Shown: piece by piece, positions 1 to 17,517 of the stretch | Layout: each line of letters starts with the position of its first letter | How positions within the stretch are numbered: the first letter of the stretch is position 1 | NCBI RefSeq assembly: GCF_009914755.1 | Contig: NC_060935.1 | From: the human T2T-CHM13v2.0 reference genome, Homo sapiens | Direction: 5' to 3' (one strand) | DNA length: 64,000 nt | Notes under the pieces: generated by a model | The model's database searches: none | Seen by the model: the letters and a program-made list of their open reading frames with translations, nothing else | Told to the model about the DNA's origin: nothing | Program-made: the position numbers and the translations under genes

Positions 1-260
1 CGAATTGTAACCCCACATAGAAAAATAAATATCCAAGATTCCATACTGCTATGAAGAAATAATTGAATAAATTCATTAATGAGGGGGAGAATAGACACAT
101 CTGTGAGGAGTAAGTCCATATAATTTAAATGGATAATCCACCCACAAGGAAGTAGGGCACAAGTCCCCACTCCTTAAATGTGGGCTGCACATAGGGACTT
201 TTTCCAAATAGTCCAGCATGGAAAATGGGAAAAAGGGTAAATTCACAGTGGAGAAGGCTG
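1..260 (+). mobile_element. Old L1 (L1MC/L1MD-type) 3' end fragment
   Basis: ctccttaaatgtgggctgcacatagggactt...ttcacagtggagaag resembles the L1MC/MD 3' UTR; recognised by eye. Confidence 0.55.
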
Positions 261-261
261 A

Positions 262-735
262 TGAAGTGGAGCTGGAAGGTCATGAAGGAGGGGAGCCCAT
301 GCTTGTGTACTTGAGATAAGAACTATCACAAGGACTCTCTAAAACCCACAAGAGATTATGGCACATCTTACATGCTTTGCACCATCAGCAGGTCTTACAC
401 ACTTTGCTCATTCTGCATGGCCACACATATTTCTATAACTGCAATATCTTCAAGACTGCAGCATTCCAGATAAAATGTTCTCGCAAGAACACATGCCTAG
501 CAATGGCTGTCTCCACCAAGAAGCTAATGCCGACTCCTGCAATGAGCTTCTGTGACCAATAAATTTATTTCAAAGCAGCTTCTGTGGACTTCTTTTTGCC
601 TTTAAAAGTTTCCCCTTACCCTAACCTCTCAGGATACACCTGTGACTTGTTATACCCGGTATATTCCTGATTCCAGTCCTTCATTCAAATAAACTCATTT
701 TGAGAGCTAATCTCTGCTGTTATTTTAGGTTGCCG
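262..735 (+). mobile_element. ERV1-class solo LTR (MER34/MER39/MER72-like)
   Basis: About 470 bp starting TG, with internal AATAAA and the terminus tctgctgttattttaggttg typical of this LTR group. Confidence 0.5.
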
Positions 736-1345
736 TAATAAGTCTAGTTCAATAGATAACATGTCAATTAATTTAACTATGAACAACTACTTCTGATCTA
801 TTTTTCTCCTATTAGTAAACATGGTTTAGTGCCACTACCAAGGATTATGAAAAAGAGTTTCAATTGTTTCTCCTTGAAAACATCATTAGGTTTATCACCT
901 GATGTTCTCAGTGTTCATACCAATGAATATTTTAAACCTAATAAAATTTTCACTATGAAAGATCCCTTTTTTTTCAGTGTAATTCGTAAGGTTTAAACAA
1001 AAGCATGTCGCTTAGTGGCTTGAAATGCATCCCCCAAACAGAAATAAGAATATACTTTTTATTTACATTTTTTATTTCATTTAATTTGATGACCTATGAT
1101 TTGAGCAGATAATTCCAAATGTTACAATCATATGTAGTTCATTACCCAACTTGGATTTTACCTATTAAAGTGAGCATTAGTAAAAAAGATATAATCTATA
1201 TGTAAAAACATTGATCTGTTCAAACATGTAATATTATACTCTTATTAAAGAAGAACATTTAAGTTAACATACCACACTTCACTGGTCTCAAGTAACTTAA
1301 AAAATTTAAAAATTAAAAAAAACCACTCAAATTGAGAAAAGGAAG

Positions 1346-1351
1346 TTTATT
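1346..1351 (-). terminator. Candidate polyadenylation signal (AATAAA) of the SSU72-like gene
   Basis: TTTATT on plus about 400 nt past the stop codon, followed on the minus strand by a U-rich tract (1297-1322). Confidence 0.5.
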
Positions 1352-1746
1352 TAAAAGGTGCTTATCTATACAATGTTATTTATCTGCTGAATACCCTTAA
1401 ACAAATCATTTTTCCAGCAGTCCATTATCAGCTCGGTTTGCTCATCTGGAAAATGGCGTCATGGTGGGCTAGCTTTCTTGTAGAATGATATAAGCATGAA
1501 ATTAGTTATGCCATGTAATGCACCTAGCACAATGCCAAGCATTTTTCAGTGCTTTTAAAAATGTTAGTCCTTCTCATTTCCCATAAAATATTTTCTTGGT
1601 AATAGTCTCTTTCCAGGTGATGTGTACAAAAGTCACACAAACAGTACTCAGTGGAAGGTCTTTGCAGATGCTTCTCACAATAAATCCGGACTAAAGTCCC
1701 ATGCCTAAGTTCTTACTGAGGAAGGGGACAAAGCCAGCCCAGATGT

Positions 1747-2331
1747 TCAGTAGAAGCAGACGGTGTGAAGAAAGCTTTTTCCTGCCTTCTCCTCCATTTG
1801 CAACAGCAGCTCTTCCAGATTGTCTTCCATGTCGTCTGACTGCTGCAGGCACTGGCAAATCTCACAGATGAGGAAAGCTCCCAGGGTGGCATCTTCCAGG
1901 GTATCTTGGATTTCCATGTTGATCACGTGCACAGGCTGAAAGGTCTGCTGTTCTCTGGAACACAGATCTTCCACCACTGTGTCATAGACACTCTCCTCAC
2001 AGGTGAAGATGACATCAAAGGAATCAGTGCACTCCTGAAATCTTTCTGGACCGGGCTTGATTCTCTCATTTCTTCCCAAGATGTGTAAGATTCCGTTGCG
2101 GGTGTAGCGTTCTCTATCTTTCCTGAGGAGGTCATTGTACATCTCCTTATATGTTGTTGCAAAATCGTAAACTACAGGACGATTGGGTCTTGGTCCTGGT
2201 AGCCTCACATGAGATTCAGTTCCAAAAGACCGGACACTTAGCCCTTTTCTCCTGAGGATGCTGTGGGCCTCCATGCTCCTGTTGACATTGCTCACGCACA
2301 CCACAGCCACCCTGAGTGTGGAGGAGAGCAT
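1747..2331 (-). CDS. SSU72P7: SSU72-like RNA polymerase II CTD phosphatase, intact intronless retrogene, 194 aa (SSU72L/SSU72P cluster member; paralogue name assigned by position and tentative)
   Basis: ATG at 2331 in strong Kozak context GCCGCCATCATG. 585-nt uninterrupted ORF colinear with SSU72 from M1 to the terminal LHTVCFY. CX5R loop (C12-VSNVN-R18) and D143 present; no introns. Confidence 0.9.
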   Translation of the reverse strand: MLSSTLRVAVVCVSNVNRSMEAHSILRRKGLSVRSFGTESHVRLPGPRPNRPVVYDFATTYKEMYNDLLRKDRERYTRNGILHILGRNERIKPGPERFQECTDSFDVIFTCEESVYDTVVEDLCSREQQTFQPVHVINMEIQDTLEDATLGAFLICEICQCLQQSDDMEDNLEELLLQMEEKAGKSFLHTVCFY

Positions 2332-2429
2332 GATGGCGGCCACTGGGAACCAGAGAGACACAGGCACCTCAGCTGCTGCAGGGACTCGGAGCCGAGGAGA
2401 CGACCACCTATATCCAGGTCTTCCAAACG

Positions 2430-2650
2430 AGCTAATGTGGAGGCACAGGAGGCAGGTTTATATTGAGTCACCTTAATGAGTGGGTGGAGACTTCATGACT
2501 TCTGGATTGATTAGGTTGTGATAATCATCTCCTAACTCATCACAAGAACAATCAAGATGATTAAATTACCTAAAGCAGTAACTCTCCACAAAGGTGGCAC
2601 CACCCAGTCTGGATTCATTTAAAATCTGGAGTTTGCTCTGGTGGTTCTCC
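2430..2650 (-). promoter_or_regulatory. Proximal promoter of the SSU72-like gene: TATA box, AP-1, CACCC boxes and DUX-type motifs
   Basis: Minus-strand TATAAA 2457-2462, TGAGTCA 2464-2470, CCACCC about 2482-2487 and 2600-2605, CAACCTAATCA 2508-2518, TAATTTAATCA 2558-2568. Confidence 0.65.
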
Positions 2651-3170
2651 TAGTGAATGGGGGCTGCTATGGACAATGGCCAAGACAAGCTACCTGCAAG
2701 CATGTCATAGGACTCTCCAGTGACCTCCAGACATGAAATTGGATGATAAACATGTTCACGATGTGCAAGGCTGTACCCTATTTAATTATAAATTATAAGT
2801 GTTGTTGCTTGTTTTAATTTTCATAGTGTTCGAGAAATGCAATTGCATAAATCACAGGACCACTGTATATAGTTTTGTCCGGAAATCCACAAAATTTTTC
2901 ACCAATACAAAAAAAATCCCATTCTCAACAACATATCTGCTTATGGTATTTTAAGAGTTATTCAACACAACATTTTGTGAATTTGATATTACTGAAATCA
3001 CAATGATTCTTCAGGGAATGCAGGAATTGATGCAATCCTCTGCCTCCAAGTACAGCTATGTTTGAGCTTTTCTATACTTAAATGCAATGTTTAGAATTTT
3101 TTTCGTAGTTGTGTAATTTATCAAGAAAATAAACGAGATTTTAAAATTATGAATGGGGTTTCAAAAAATA

Positions 3171-3325
3171 AGACAATCATGTCACTTTTAGATTGATTAG
3201 ATTATGATAATGGACTGCTAAGTAATTGCAAGAACAATCAAAATGATTACATTCCTAATTCAGTAACTCTCCACAAAGGTGGCCCCACCCAGTCAAGATT
3301 GATTTATAGGTGCGCTCTGTTTTCT
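3171..3325 (-). promoter_or_regulatory. Second, distal copy of the promoter module with a consensus DUX4 site
   Basis: Homologous to 2488-2648, with an identical 23-mer cagtaactctccacaaaggtggc at 2576 and 3261. TAATCTAATCA on minus at 3194-3204. Confidence 0.65.
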
Positions 3326-3720
3326 GTCGCTCACTGATTTACCAAATATTGGGTAAATAATAATTTTTTTATTTTGGAGGAGTCTCGCTCTGTCACCTAG
3401 GCTGGAGTGCAATGGTACAATATTGGCTCACTGCAACCTCTACCTCCGAGGTTCAAGGGATTCTCCTGTCTGAGCCTCTCAAGTAGCTGAAGACTACAGG
3501 CACGCGGCACCACACCCGGTTAATGTTTGTATTTTTAGTAGAGATGGGGTTTCACCATGTTGGTCAGGCTGGTTTTGTACTTCCGACCTCAAGTGATCTG
3601 CCCGCTTTGGCCTCCCAAAGTGCTGAGATTACTGCTATGAGCCACCTCACCCGGCCCAATTTTACTTGTTTTTAGTAATCCTTCTTAAATGTATGTATAG
3701 CTCACATTTATTTCAATATA
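3325..3720 (-). mobile_element. MER6 fragment interrupted by an Alu
   Basis: 3325-3362 and 3657-3720 match 4680-4780 of the neighbouring MER6. Confidence 0.55.
3364..3656 (-). mobile_element. Alu (AluS-like)
   Basis: Full dimer on the minus strand, T-rich tail at left, ends ccggcc. Confidence 0.9.
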
Positions 3721-3721
3721 A

Positions 3722-5219
<1,498 letters not shown>

Positions 5220-5234
5220 TTAGTAAACACCTGA

Positions 5235-5420
5235 AAGTTTCTCAAAGTGTGTTCCCAGACTAGCAGCATTAGCATTAATTGGGAACTTGTAAAAAATGAA
5301 AATTTAGACCGCAAACCACTGAACCACAACCTCTAGTGGTGAAGCCCAGAGATTTGTGTTCTTTCCTTTACATTTCCATGAATTGTTGTTCAGGTTCACA
5401 TAAGTGATAATGTTTGGAAA
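5235..5420. mobile_element. MER5A-like hAT-Charlie element
   Basis: ttctcaaagtgtgttcccagactagcagcattagcatt...gggaacttgt motif. Confidence 0.55.
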
Positions 5421-5637
5421 GTCTTCTCTCAAGTAGGTTTCTCTGTGGGGGACACAGGAGATAAACTGAATTGCTGTGTATCTTTCCTTCACCCTGACAG
5501 AGGGGCCACATCTTGGCTGGGTACAGGATTGTTGGGCTGTAGTCCTTTCTCTCAGTAGTCCTTAACTGCTATGCCACTGTCCGTTCCAGCGTTGGAGATA
5601 AAAAGTCTAATTCCAGCATCATTCTTCTCCTGTAGAT

Positions 5638-6214
5638 AATATGCTCTTTTTTTAAAATATATATATATATTTATTATAGTTGAGTTCTAGGGTGCATGTG
5701 CACAGCGTGCAGGTTTGTTACACATGTATACATGTGCCATGTTGGTGTGCTGCACCCGTTAACTCGTCATTTACATTAGGTATATCTCCTGATGCTTTCC
5801 CTCTGCACCCCCCGCCCGCCCCACAACAGGCCTCGGTGTGTGATCTTCCCCTTCCTGTGTCCAAGTGTTCTCATTGTTCAATTCCCACCTATGAGTGAGA
5901 ACCTGTGGTGTTTGGTTTTTTGTTCTTGCGATAGTTTGCATGATGGAACTAGAAATACCATTTGACCCAGCCATCCCATTACTGGGTATATACCCAAAGG
6001 ATTATAAATCAGGCTTCTGTAAAGGCACATGCACACGTATGTTTATTGCTATTCACAATAGCAAAGACTTGGAACCAACCCAGATGTCCATCAATGATAG
6101 ACTGGATGAAGAAAATGTGGCACATATACACCATGGAATACTATGCAGCCATAAAAAAGGATGAGTTCATGTCCTTTGTAGGGACATGGATGAAGCTGGA
6201 AATATGTTCTTTTT
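5638..6214 (-). mobile_element. Short 5'-inverted (twin-primed) L1PA with TSD
   Basis: Minus-strand 3' end about 5650-5945 joined to a plus-strand ORF2 C-terminal piece about 5945-6202. TSD aatatg(c/t)tcttttt at 5638 and 6201; TTTT/AA site at 6211-6216. Confidence 0.85.
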
Positions 6215-6301
6215 AAGTGGATGTTTGTAAGATTTTTCTCTTTCTCCTTAGAGTTCAAAATTTTTACTAGCAGATGCCTCAGTGTTTCTTATTTCTCTTC
6301 A

Positions 6302-6795
<494 letters not shown>

Positions 6796-7648
6796 CCATT
6801 CTCAGGAGATGAGCGTGGTGCAGAAGTTCAGGGATCCAGGAAATAATGAAGTATAATAGATAAACAACTTGTAGCATGTCTGTATTTATTCAGTGCCTGA
6901 CTGAGAATTTAGCACATAGGAAGTACACATAATCATTCTTTCCCTGCCTCTCAGGTTCCATTCTCCCCATCTCTAAATTCAGTTTCCAGAGTAGGAAGAT
7001 TTACTTCCATTTTGGTTCCTGCAGTAGCCTCTAAGTAATGGCTGAAATTGTTTCAAAAATAAAATTATGCGACAAGAGCCCAATAGAGGCTCCTTAGGAT
7101 GTGCCTGCTGTGGACAGCAACTACCACCAGGTCAGCCTGTGATCACACAAGCACTATGAAAATATACAATACCCCGAAGAAATTCGCCCTTCTGAAGGAG
7201 GTGGAATAAATCAAAACAGATATGAAAATGCCATTGGAGGTTGATGGCCAAGAGTGTGCACCACTATGCTGACAAAGTAACAGCCAGAAGAAAAGATCAA
7301 ATGAAGCAATGTAAATCTTAAATAGAAAAGAGAAGCCTGAAGAGGACCTGCTAAGCTAAGGATGGCCATTTGGTACTTTGAGAGTAAAGAGGATTTTGCT
7401 TCTGGGAGGCAAAGAAGAGAGGTTAAAGAGCCCAATGACTGGAGCCTGGCCTATGGGTGAAATTGTGGGTACCTGAGTAGTTGCTTATCTACTCAACCTA
7501 ATCTAGACAACTTCTCAAATGCCTCATGAATGTTCTCCTGTCTCGGTCCAGGTATCTTCAGCATCTCAGAGAATTAACTTCCATTGCCCTTCTTTGTGTT
7601 CGTGAGATAATTACCCTTATTCAGGGTATTTTAAAAAATCATCTCTCC

Positions 7649-8019
<371 letters not shown>

Positions 8020-8458
8020 TCACAAAAAGTCTGATTATCAGAGGACCTATCTCAGGAATAGGAGTATGTTAGATTACCTGGCAATGTTTCCCCTAACTGA
8101 TTTAAGACTTTCTGAGGTCTGAGAATTATAGTTTTTCTTTGTGTTTTTCCAGATCTCAGTACATCACAGCACAGTGCAACTCCTCAAAATGTTTAACAAA
8201 ACAACCAAATGACAAAATATTGGGTGAGTGTGAAGTATCAGGGCAGGGTAGCCGTAAATAAGTCCCTTTAATACCTTGGATAGTTACAGTAGTCAGGATC
8301 AGAGCCAATGTAGAACCTTCTTTGGAGGGGCTCCGGGGTCAGAGTTCTTTGGCACATTGAGAGGTAAAAAGGTTCCCCATGCCCAGAGTCTCCTCATTCT
8401 GCCATCCCAGACAGCATTTTCCATTCTACTGGCATAGCCCATATTTATGACTGTGGTT

Positions 8459-8663
8459 TGGTGGTGTGCTGGTAACCCAGCTAAAATACACACACAAAGA
8501 TCAGTCAATCAATTAAAGCCCTGCATTGTAGTGTTTGCCAGTTTTGGCAGTGTATGTACTCCCACCAAGGTCATTTTCAAGGTATCAACGTGACATCACT
8601 GAATGTGAAGTTTGCAAGGAATATGCACAGATGAGCCAGTACAAGTGGCTCCACCCCGCACTG
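8459..8663. mobile_element. MER63-like hAT-Blackjack element
   Basis: Termini gtggtgtgctggtaa ... ctccaccccgcactg. Confidence 0.45.
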
Positions 8664-9199
8664 CTTTAGTCTCTCCAACTCTGTCTACCCAAGTCCAGAC
8701 AATAGTACTAGTATTTTCAGCCACCTACTTTAGGTCCCATAACATCTAGTCTAGATGGGGCATTTCCTATCTAGACTGTAATTTTACTCACAGCAATAAA
8801 AAAAATCACTTACCTGTTTTAAATGGAGTTCTCTTGGGCTAGAATGGGGTGAGTGACAACGAGGCTGTCAGAGTGATGGGTGACAGGGAACTGAGATTTT
8901 ATCTGTTGGCCTGAAAGCCTGAGGGGCTGCTATTATTCCAGGGAGCCCAAATATAGAACCATCTTTTCAACATCTCCTCAATTCCGTACATGTTGGCCAA
9001 GTCATTATGGCTCTCCAAGCCTGCCTAGTCCACCTTTTTCTCTAAATCTCCATCCCTTCTTAAGTATGCTCATGTACTTATTCCTAACAAAAGAGTGTTA
9101 GCATTGCTACAACAATTATTCCTGTTTCCATTTTATGGGATCTGGGATTAATTTTCAAAAGAAAATTAATCCCATTTTCTTCTTAAAATTTTACATATT

Positions 9200-9330
9200 T
9201 TAATTTTTTTTGTAGAGATGGGGTGTCCCTATGTTGCCCAGGCTGGTCTTAATTTCCTGGCCTCAAGTGATCCTCTCATCTTGGCTTTCCAAAATGCTGG
9301 GATTACAGGCATGAGCCACCATGCCCGGCC
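9200..9330 (-). mobile_element. Alu left monomer (FLAM-like)
   Basis: tttgtagagatgggg...gagccaccatgcccggcc. Confidence 0.85.
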
Positions 9331-10255
9331 TGAAAATCATATTAATTACTTAAGAAACACTTTTTATCAAAAGTGTTTCTTTGGAACTTGAATTAAGTTT
9401 ATAACATTTTCAAAAAAGCCATTTAAACTTTCGTATTTGTAATAATAATATTTTAAATATTTACATGGGAATACCTAAATATCACTTAAAAATCAATTTT
9501 CCCTACTTCTGTAAGTCAAGGTCAACTATGAAAAACATTCTGTACCCTCGTTTTCTTTGGCCACCAAATAATCCACGTTTAATTTTCAGTTATCTTATTC
9601 ACTAATCTTCTTCCTGCTGATAAACTTATCTCTTTCTTTATGTATCCTTTTCATATCTTTTTATTTAATTAGTCCAAGTAAGTGTATATATACATATTTG
9701 TAAAGGAGAAACAGTTTTATGTTTAAGAAATATCTTTTTGTTTGTCACAGAATATTTCTCATTTCCAGGGACATGTTTAGTGGTAATAATAGTAATTGGG
9801 TGCTAATGATTTGGCTGGTGGGGACTCTGACCATCTCTGGTCTTGGTTGAACTGCGAGCAGAGGCTAGAAAACTGTTTACCGTGAGGACCTTTTAGAGGC
9901 CTTCTGCTGGATTTTGAATTTGACCCACCAAGTGAATTTAGTTGAGGGCTAAATAGGAGGATGGTCTTTCTTGGAGCTGAACGGTTTTTCTAAACATTCT
10001 GCTAGTACTGCATGACCCATTGGCATGACTGTTAAAGTGCCCCACATCTGCTTAGCATCCTCCAAGATCCTTTGGGTGTGTTCCACAAGATCCTTTGGCT
10101 CTTGTAAATAATTAGCACTCCCAAGAGTGCCCTGTGGGACCCTCAGTTTTTTTGCCATTCCAGAACTGCCTTGTTTTCAACTGACCAACTTGCTCGCTGG
10201 GCCATGTCTCTTTCTCTGATCACATTCAAATGTTAAGCTCCGCTAAAATTTAGAT

Positions 10256-10571
10256 TTTTTTTTGAGACAGGGTCTTGCTCTGTCACCCAGGCTAGAGTGC
10301 ACTGGCGCGATCTCAGCTCTTGGCTTCCTGCAACCTCCACCACTGCCCCTGCCACCCCTCCTGCTTTCAAGTGATCCTCCCACCTCAGCCTCCAGAGTGG
10401 CTGGGACTGCAGGCGTGTACCACCATGCCCAGCCACGTTGTTTTGTGTTTTTAGTAGAGATGGGGCTCACCATGTTGCCCAGGCTAGTCTTGAACTCCTG
10501 AGTGCAAGCAATCTGCCTGCCTTGGCCTCCTGAAGTGCTGGGATAACACACGAGAGTCATTGTGCCCAGCC
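10256..10571 (-). mobile_element. AluJ-like with TSD
   Basis: Dimer with a small C-rich internal insertion; TSD taaaatttagat on both sides. Confidence 0.88.
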
Positions 10572-10574
10572 ATA

Positions 10575-11325
10575 AAATTTAGATATTTTATGCTTTGTTT
10601 TAGTGTTATGAAAAATAAAATTGTTTGTAATGGTATTTTAAATTATTTGCTGGTTTTATATAAAGCATAATTTATTTTTGTATTTTAAACTTGGTGTCCC
10701 TGACCTTGCTAAATCCATTTATTTATCCCAAGTGTCGTGTAGATTCTTAGGATTTTTTTTTTACATACGCAGCCATGTCATCTCTTAATAAATACAGGTT
10801 TACATCCTCCTTTCTGACCTGAATATCTTTTATTTAGGTGTTATTATTTGATTTTTGCTTTTTTTTTTTTTACAATTTACTTGTGCATACACTGACTGAA
10901 GGACATCTTGATTGCCAATTTTGGCAATTATGAATAAAGCTGCTATAAATATCTTCCTGCAGGTTTTCGTGTGGGCATACATTTTTAACTCATTTGGGCA
11001 AATACCCAGGAGCATGATTGCTGGATTGTATGGTAAGAGTATGCTTAGTTTTGTAAGAAACTGCCAAGCTGCCTTCTTAAGTGGCTGTACCATTTTGCAT
11101 TCCCATCAGCAGTGAATGAGAGCTCCTGCTGTTCCACATCCTCCCCAGCATGTACTGTTGTCAGTGTTTTGGATTTTCACCATTCTAATAGGTATGTAGT
11201 GGTATCTCATGTTGTGTAAATTTGTAATTCTCCAATGACATGTTGTTGACTACCTTTTCATATGCTTCTTTGCCATCTGTGTATCTTCTTTGATGAGATG
11301 TCTGTCCAGATCTTTTGCCTTTTTA
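10575..11325 (-). mobile_element. Old L1M/L1MB fragments
   Basis: Degenerate ORF2 C-terminal translation (LPYNPAIMLLGICP...FIAALFIIAK). Confidence 0.7.
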
Positions 11326-11369
11326 ATTTTTTTGAGACAGTCTCTGTCACCCAGGCTGAAGTGCAGTGC

Positions 11370-12422
11370 CCACAGAGAGAACTGCCACAGGGGCAGAGTC
11401 ACACAGAGAGGGTAATGCGTAGTGGAGCCACCTCACAGTTCCACTTGGGTCATGCCCAAGAGAACTGTAGGGCTGGGCTGCTCCCCAACACTCCAGACCT
11501 GTAGAATCACCAACGTGCAACTCTAGCTCGAGAGAGCCACAGGCACTGAACTCCAACCTGTGAAAGCTGCAGCATGGGCTGCATCCGGCAAAGACATGGA
11601 GGTCGGGTCCCCTGAAGCCTTGGGACCCAACCGCCACCCCAGTGTGTCTGGAAGGCAGGGCATGGAGTCAAAAATTATTCTCAAGCTTAAAGTTTTAATG
11701 TTATTTACCTTGTTTGGATTTGGGCTTACTTGGGACCCATTACCCCCCTTTTTTTTCTTGGCTATTTCTCCCTTTTAGAATGAAAGTGTCTAGTCTATGC
11801 TTGTCTCACCATTGTATTTTGGAAACACATAACTTATTTGATTTCACAGGCTCACAGCTGGAGAGAAATTTGCCTCAGGATGAATTGTACCTTGGGTCTC
11901 ACTCATATCTGATTTAGATGAGACTCTAGACCTTAGAATTTTGAATTGGTACTGGAATGAGTTATAACTTTTTGGGGCTATTAAGATGGAATGAACGTAT
12001 TTTGTGTGTGAGAAGGAAATGAATTTGGTGGGCTAAGGATGGAAAGTTATGGTCTGAAGATATTCCCCAAAATTCATATGTTAAAACTCAACCACCAATG
12101 TGATAATATTAAGAGGCAAGGCTTTTAGGAAGTGATTAAGTCGTGAGAGCAGAGCCTTCCTACATGGAATTAGTGAACTTATCAAAGGGCTGGAGGGAAC
12201 TAGCCTAGGCCCTTTTTGCTCTTCTGTTTCTTTTGTCTTGTGAAGATACAGTGTTCAAGGTGGCATCTTGGAAGAACAGACTAGGCCCTCACCAGATGCC
12301 AAACCTGCAAGCACCTTGATTTTGCACGTTCCAGGCTCAAAAACTGTGAGGAATAAGTTTCTATTATTTATAAATTGTCCAGTCTCAGGCATTTTGTTAT
12401 AACAGTAGAAATAGACTAAGAG
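11370..12422 (+). mobile_element. MaLR (MST/MLT1A-type) internal 3' part plus LTR (LTR about 12047-12422)
   Basis: LTR start gttatggtctgaa...ccccaaaattcatatgtt, end ttttgttataacagtagaaatagactaaga; MaLR-internal-like sequence upstream. Confidence 0.75.
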
Positions 12423-12554
12423 AGTAACACTAGAGGCCATTAAACATGTGGTTTATTCAGGATCATTATAACAAAAACAAAGCCTAAACCATCTCAACTC
12501 CTGACTAGATTGATCAATACCCATGCTGAATGCCTAGCAAAAGACAAGGTCTTC

Positions 12555-17517
<4,963 letters not shown>

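Noticed and set aside
2332-2367. 12-aa N-terminal extension of the SSU72-like ORF in the ORF track
   Set aside because: Begins at GTG; the ATG at 2331 has a strong Kozak context and aligns with SSU72 Met1
9770-10230. Non-repetitive-looking stretch with a 69-aa minus-strand ORF
   Set aside because: No recognisable protein family and stops in the continuing frames; cannot be classified without a database search
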